Source: Coprobacillus sp. CAG:826 (lineage in GTDB: Bacteria; Bacillota_I; Bacilli_A; RFN20; CAG-826). From it: a stretch of DNA of 45,945 nt. This document shows, piece by piece, positions 45,878-45,945 of this stretch. Below the pieces are notes generated by a model that ran no database searches, was not told the origin of the DNA, and saw only the letters and a program-made list of their open reading frames with translations. Both the position numbers and the translations under genes were made by a program. Within the stretch, counting starts at the first letter, position 1; every line of letters starts with the position of its first letter. The stretch covers positions 20,633-66,577 of the forward strand of contig FR897041.1 of the NCBI GenBank assembly GCA_000437235.1. The letters are read 5' to 3'.

Positions 45878-45945
45878 AAATTTAAAAAATATATTAGGAA
45901 TTTTTTTATTTATTGCGTATACGAAATAAAATGAAAAATTCCTAA

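Noticed and set aside
1-45945. CRISPR arrays, IS elements/transposases, integrases, rRNA genes and canonical tRNA genes
   Set aside because: None was seen. There are no regularly spaced direct repeats, no DDE or tyrosine-recombinase-like ORFs and no rRNA-like conserved blocks. The only tRNA-like sequence is the degenerate element at 23183-23249.

Overview
This 45.9-kb window is chromosomal DNA from a low-GC, endospore-forming Firmicute, probably Clostridia or Erysipelotrichia. The evidence is A/T-rich codon usage, AGGAGG-type RBSs, a dacF-spoIIAA-spoIIAB-sigF cluster followed by spoVAC-spoVAD-spoVAEb-spoVAF, and two Spo0A boxes. Most genes are housekeeping: tex (5' partial), an EF-G paralog, coaX with an ECF S-component, an M20 dipeptidase, trmB, an M42 peptidase, ybaK, murC, tyrS behind a Tyr T-box leader, an rsmB/F-family methyltransferase, rarA, dtd and mnmA. 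Accessory content includes two tandem lipoproteins (one CotH-like), a LacI regulator next to a very AT-rich islet, an SPFH-TetR-oleate hydratase cluster, a tRNA-like fragment in a 680-bp intergenic region, and an AEC permease with two D-2-hydroxyacid dehydrogenases. The standout is a 1547-aa ORF at 29102-33745 placed directly between tyrS and a small membrane protein. It encodes about 20 Sel1-like repeats, then a TIR-like domain with the catalytic-Glu position conserved, then a NACHT-type STAND NTPase (Walker A, Walker B, TSR, NPL motifs). This domain order is not the one described for bacterial NACHT/Avs defence proteins. The gene also appears 5'-truncated by a frameshift in a T6 homopolymer, which would otherwise fuse it to the upstream 96-aa ORF. 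I regard it as a candidate NLR-like antiphage/abortive-infection module. No rRNA, canonical tRNA, CRISPR array or transposase was recognised.
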